DNA from: Candidatus Troglogloeales bacterium
GTDB taxonomy: Bacteria > Nitrospirota > Nitrospiria > SBBL01 > SBBA01
Reading direction: 5' to 3'
DNA length: 46,680 bases
Assembly (NCBI GenBank): GCA_016195485.1
Contig: JACPZM010000063.1
Location: 1 to 46,680 of the forward strand
Shown: positions 43,067-46,680 of the stretch, piece by piece
How the letters are laid out: each line of letters opens with the position of its first letter
Numbering within the stretch: position 1 is the stretch's first letter
Made by a program: the position numbers and the translations under genes
The notes under the pieces: model-generated
Seen by the model: the letters and a program-made list of their open reading frames with translations, nothing else
Database searches by the model: none
Told to the model about the DNA's origin: nothing

Positions 43067-45472
43067 ATGCCGCGTCGATCTAAAAATAAAGAACCGATTA
43101 CACTGCCTATTCCATTGAAACTCCCCCTGATTCCGGTGCGGGATCTGGTGGTCTTTCCCAATATGGTCCTTCCCCTTTTTGTTGGACGCGCCCTTTCTAT
43201 CAAAGCGATTGAGGAGGCGTTCTCCTCACACAAAATGGTGATGCTCGCCTCGCAGAAGATTCTGGAGACAGAAAGTCCAGGGCCTGCGGATATCTATTCT
43301 TATGGCACCGTGGGGACGCTCCTGCGAATGCTTCGTGTCCCGGATGGCAGGGTCAAAATCCTGGTGCAAGGGGTTAGCAAAGCGAAAATAACGGCCTTTA
43401 TACAAACCGAACCTTACTATCTGGTAGCCGTTTCGCCCATTATAGAATTCCCCTTTACAACCCTTTCACTGCCCGAGGAAGCGGCTATTCGGATTTCCAA
43501 AGAGCAGATGGAAAAGATCGTCTCGTTAGGGAAACCGGTTGTGCCTGATATTTTGTCCCTGATTGAAAACATGGAAGACCCGGGACGGCTTGCCGATCTG
43601 ATCGTATCAAACCTGCAACTCAAGGTAGCCCATGCCCAAGGGATTTTAGAGACAGAAGATCCATTTCTGCGTTTGCAAAAGGTCAATGAAATGTTGTCCA
43701 AAGAGGTGGAACTTTTAACGTTGCAACAGAAAATTGCCTTGGAGGCCCGCGATGGAATAGATAAGACACAACGAGACTATTTTTTAAGGGAGCAGTTGAA
43801 GGCGATTCAAAAAGAGTTGGGCGCGTCAGATGAACGCTCCGATGAGATTGATGAACTGCGTGGGAAAATAGAAGCGGCCAAGCTGCCCGAGAAGGTTGCG
43901 ATAGAGGCCGAGAAGCAGTTAAAACGGCTTGCCAAAATGCATCCGGATTCTGCGGAGTCCGGCACGGCGCGAAACTATCTGGAGTGTCTGGCCGAACTTC
44001 CCTGGAATAAAATGACCCCCGATCATTTGGATCTTATTGCCGCGCGGGGCGTGTTGGATGAAGATCATTATGACTTGGAGAAGGTCAAGGAGCGGATTTT
44101 AGAATATCTGGCTGTTTGCAAGCTGAAAGAAAATATGAAGGGGCCGATTCTTTGTTTTGTTGGCCCGCCGGGGGTGGGGAAAACCTCTTTGGGAAAATCG
44201 ATTGCCCGCGCGCTGGGCCGGGAGTTTATTCGGGTCTCATTGGGCGGCATTAGGGACGAAGCCGAAATTCGCGGGCATCGTCGTACTTATGTCGGGGCGT
44301 TTCCGGGGAGAATTATTCAGGGACTAAAGACAGCAGGGGCTAAAAACCCGGTCTTTATGTTGGACGAAGTGGATAAAATCGGGCTTGATTTTCGGGGCGA
44401 TCCCGCCTCTGCACTGCTCGAAGTATTAGACCCAGAGCAAAACCACTCCTTTGCAGATCATTATCTAGGGGTTCCCTTTGATCTCTCCAACATCCTGTTT
44501 ATTACGACTGCGAACCAAAGCGATCCGATACCGCTTCCCTTGCGGGATCGGATGGAAATGATTTCAATCTTCAGTTACACCACAGAGGAGAAACTTGGGA
44601 TTGCGCAAAAATTCCTGGTTAAAAAACAGCTTGCCGAGCATGGCATTACATCGGCCCATATTCATTTTGAGGCCGCGGCGATAGAACAGATCATTGTTCA
44701 ATATACAAAAGAGGCCGGGGTGAGGAACTTGGAACGCGAGATCGCGCATGTGATGAGAAAGGTGGCACGATTGATTGCGGAAGGGAGCAAGGAATCATTT
44801 CAGATTACGCCCGCAACGATTCAGACTTATTTAGGCATTCCAAAATTTTTGCCGGAAGCGGAGATCGCGAAAGACGAGGTGGGCGTTGCGACTGGCCTTG
44901 CATGGACTCCGACCGGCGGCGATATTATTCGCGTGGAGGCGCTGCTGGTCAATGGGAAGGGGGCGCTGATACTGACAGGGTCATTAGGGGATGTTATGAA
45001 GGAGTCGGCGCAAGCGGCGCTTTCTTATATTCGATCCCGCGAAAAGGAGTTTCATATTGATCCTGACCTATTTACCAAAAGCGATATTCATGTCCATGTT
45101 CCGGCAGGCGCGATGCCGAAAGATGGCCCCTCCGCGGGGATTACGATTGCGTCGGCCCTGGCCTCCGTTCTTGCTAAAATCCCGATTCGTCATCGCGTGG
45201 CGATGACCGGAGAGGTGACCTTGCGCGGCCATGTGCTTCCGATCGGCGGACTCAAAGAGAAGGTGGTTGCGGCAAAACGGGCCGGCATGCAGGTTGTTAT
45301 TCTCCCGAAACAAAACGAGAAGGATATCTCCGAGGTGCCGATTCACTTAAGAAGCGGATTGCAGTTTATATTTGTCGATCAGATGGATCAGGTTCTTTCT
45401 GCAGCGCTGGGAATAGGGGAACGTCCCCTGCGGAGGATCAAGATTGCAAAAGAAATCACCGCGTCCGCGTGA
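43067..45472 (+). CDS. lon: ATP-dependent Lon protease
   Basis: LON N-terminal domain, [15 protein letters not shown] Walker A, catalytic [10 protein letters not shown] serine motif. Confidence 0.98.
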   Translation: MPRRSKNKEPITLPIPLKLPLIPVRDLVVFPNMVLPLFVGRALSIKAIEEAFSSHKMVMLASQKILETESPGPADIYSYGTVGTLLRMLRVPDGRVKILVQGVSKAKITAFIQTEPYYLVAVSPIIEFPFTTLSLPEEAAIRISKEQMEKIVSLGKPVVPDILSLIENMEDPGRLADLIVSNLQLKVAHAQGILETEDPFLRLQKVNEMLSKEVELLTLQQKIALEARDGIDKTQRDYFLREQLKAIQKELGASDERSDEIDELRGKIEAAKLPEKVAIEAEKQLKRLAKMHPDSAESGTARNYLECLAELPWNKMTPDHLDLIAARGVLDEDHYDLEKVKERILEYLAVCKLKENMKGPILCFVGPPGVGKTSLGKSIARALGREFIRVSLGGIRDEAEIRGHRRTYVGAFPGRIIQGLKTAGAKNPVFMLDEVDKIGLDFRGDPASALLEVLDPEQNHSFADHYLGVPFDLSNILFITTANQSDPIPLPLRDRMEMISIFSYTTEEKLGIAQKFLVKKQLAEHGITSAHIHFEAAAIEQIIVQYTKEAGVRNLEREIAHVMRKVARLIAEGSKESFQITPATIQTYLGIPKFLPEAEIAKDEVGVATGLAWTPTGGDIIRVEALLVNGKGALILTGSLGDVMKESAQAALSYIRSREKEFHIDPDLFTKSDIHVHVPAGAMPKDGPSAGITIASALASVLAKIPIRHRVAMTGEVTLRGHVLPIGGLKEKVVAAKRAGMQVVILPKQNEKDISEVPIHLRSGLQFIFVDQMDQVLSAALGIGERPLRRIKIAKEITASA

Positions 45473-46514
45473 TGTGGCACGGCCACTGCGAGTCTCATCG
45501 ATTGGCGAGTTCGGCCTCATTCGTCGCATTAAAAAGAACGCGCAAAAGCAGTTGGAGAGAGTATGCGTACCTTGCGATCCTGCTATTTTGCTGGGGATCG
45601 GGGATGATGCCGCGGCCGTTCTCCCATCCCCGGGAAACTGCCTTCTTGTCACCACCGATATTCTCTTGGAAAAGACGCATTTTGATCTTGCCTTGTCATC
45701 GTTTTTTCAAATTGGATATAAATCAATTGCGGTGAATCTAAGCGATATTGCGGCGATGGGGGGGGTGCCGCGCTTTTATCTGGTGTCGCTGGGTTTGACT
45801 GGAAAAGAATCGGTTTCCGATATGGATCATCTTTATCAAGGGATGTTTTGGGCCGGCCATGAAGCGGGCATATCCCTTATTGGGGGAAACACTGCACGTT
45901 CAGCCTTCTTGTTGATCTCGATAACCCTTTTAGGGGAAATACCCAAAAATGAGATGGTCATGCGAAGCGGCGCCAATGTGGGGGATTGCCTTTATGTCAC
46001 TGGCACATTAGGTGATTCAGCGGCGGGTCTTGAAATTCTACAAAAGAGAATGCGAAAAGGCACTTTTCGAGGGCTTCCGTCTAAACATCAGATGCCCATG
46101 GCCAGGTGGCGAGAAGGGCGTTTATTGGCCCAGAATCAGATTCCTTCGGCGATGATTGATTTGTCTGACGGCCTCTCCTCCGACCTATCGCATCTTGCGA
46201 TCCAGTCAGGTGTTGGCGCGCGGTTAGAATGTAAGAATATCCCAATCTCTCCCACTTTAAAGCGATACGCCAAATCGATTGGGGCGAATCCATACGATTA
46301 TGCCCTGCACGGGGGGGAGGAGTATGAACTCCTCTTTTGTGTGCCGGAAGAAAAGCGGGACAAGCTAGAGGCGCTGATTCAAAATGGGGAGATTGAGGCG
46401 CGTCAGATTGGGAAGCTTATTCCAAAAAGAAACGGCATCTTGGTAAAAGGGATAGACGGGGCAATTTACAAGTTAAGACCGTCAGGATACGACCATTTCA
46501 ACGAAAAAAGGTAA
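45444..46514 (+). CDS. thiL: Thiamine-monophosphate kinase ThiL
   Basis: IGEFGLIRRI, GDDAAV, AIR-synthase-like fold. TTG 45444 has a GGAGGA SD 6 nt upstream and overlaps the lon 3' end. GTG 45474 is the alternative start. Confidence 0.9.
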   Translation: MQKKSPRPRDVARPLRVSSIGEFGLIRRIKKNAQKQLERVCVPCDPAILLGIGDDAAAVLPSPGNCLLVTTDILLEKTHFDLALSSFFQIGYKSIAVNLSDIAAMGGVPRFYLVSLGLTGKESVSDMDHLYQGMFWAGHEAGISLIGGNTARSAFLLISITLLGEIPKNEMVMRSGANVGDCLYVTGTLGDSAAGLEILQKRMRKGTFRGLPSKHQMPMARWREGRLLAQNQIPSAMIDLSDGLSSDLSHLAIQSGVGARLECKNIPISPTLKRYAKSIGANPYDYALHGGEEYELLFCVPEEKRDKLEALIQNGEIEARQIGKLIPKRNGILVKGIDGAIYKLRPSGYDHFNEKR

Positions 46515-46680
46515 CGGCTCATGTGGAGTCGTCTTCAGAGATAAATAAATTCAGGATACATCGGATGTTCCCCCTCTTTTTTAATGAAAATTAAATAAAG
46601 TTATTTATTTTCAATATGTTCTATTGTTTTATGCTAAAAGTGTAGCCACTACTATTTATATTTTATGTTGACATTGCTTA

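Noticed and set aside
46515-46680. AT-rich tail after thiL, with a TTGACA at the very edge of the window. It could be a promoter or terminator region.
   Set aside because: There is no convincing hairpin plus U-tract, and the downstream gene is outside the window. Nothing can be supported.

Overview
46.7-kb chromosomal segment from a flagellated diderm bacterium, about 50% GC by eye. The lineage cannot be assigned from sequence alone. Forty-three genes lie head-to-tail on the minus strand (345..41800), often with 1-4 nt start/stop overlaps. Read in the direction of transcription they are: (1) a sigma-54 enhancer-binding protein (EBP) with no N-terminal regulatory domain, translationally coupled to a large secreted TPR protein; (2) a candidate sigma-54 promoter, then a paralogous TPR protein, a sensor-less histidine kinase, an NtrC-type regulator, and flgB-flgC-fliE-fliF-fliG-fliH-fliI-fliJ-ylxF-like in the Bacillus/spirochaete order; (3) lptC-lptA-lptB-rpoN-hpf-rapZ; (4) ubiX, a small lipoprotein, a helical-repeat hypothetical and ygfZ; (5) a full dcw cluster, mraZ-rsmH-ftsL-ftsI-murE-murF-mraY-murD-ftsW-murG-murB-ddl-ftsQ-ftsA-ftsZ (no murC), then pgeF and yggS. 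galU, lon and thiL are on the plus strand at the right end. I saw no rRNA, tRNA, CRISPR array, transposase, integrase or phage genes, so this is core genome rather than an accessory island. Four things stand out. First, two families of short G/C-tract palindromic repeats (REP-like) fill the tiny spacers of these operons. Several copies sit in-frame inside coding sequences (murE, murB tail, both EBP linkers, TPR N-terminus), which resembles the Rickettsia palindromic-element phenomenon. Second, a 107-bp structured element is duplicated at the flgB|flgC and flgC|fliE junctions. Third, the flagellar regulatory module is unusual: domain-less EBP, tandem paralogous periplasmic TPR proteins, sensor-less kinase. 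Fourth, there are candidate promoters and operators (Pmra with phased TGGGA boxes, one sigma-54 promoter, one sigma-70 promoter). All functional calls come from reading the translated ORFs for family motifs. No database search was run.
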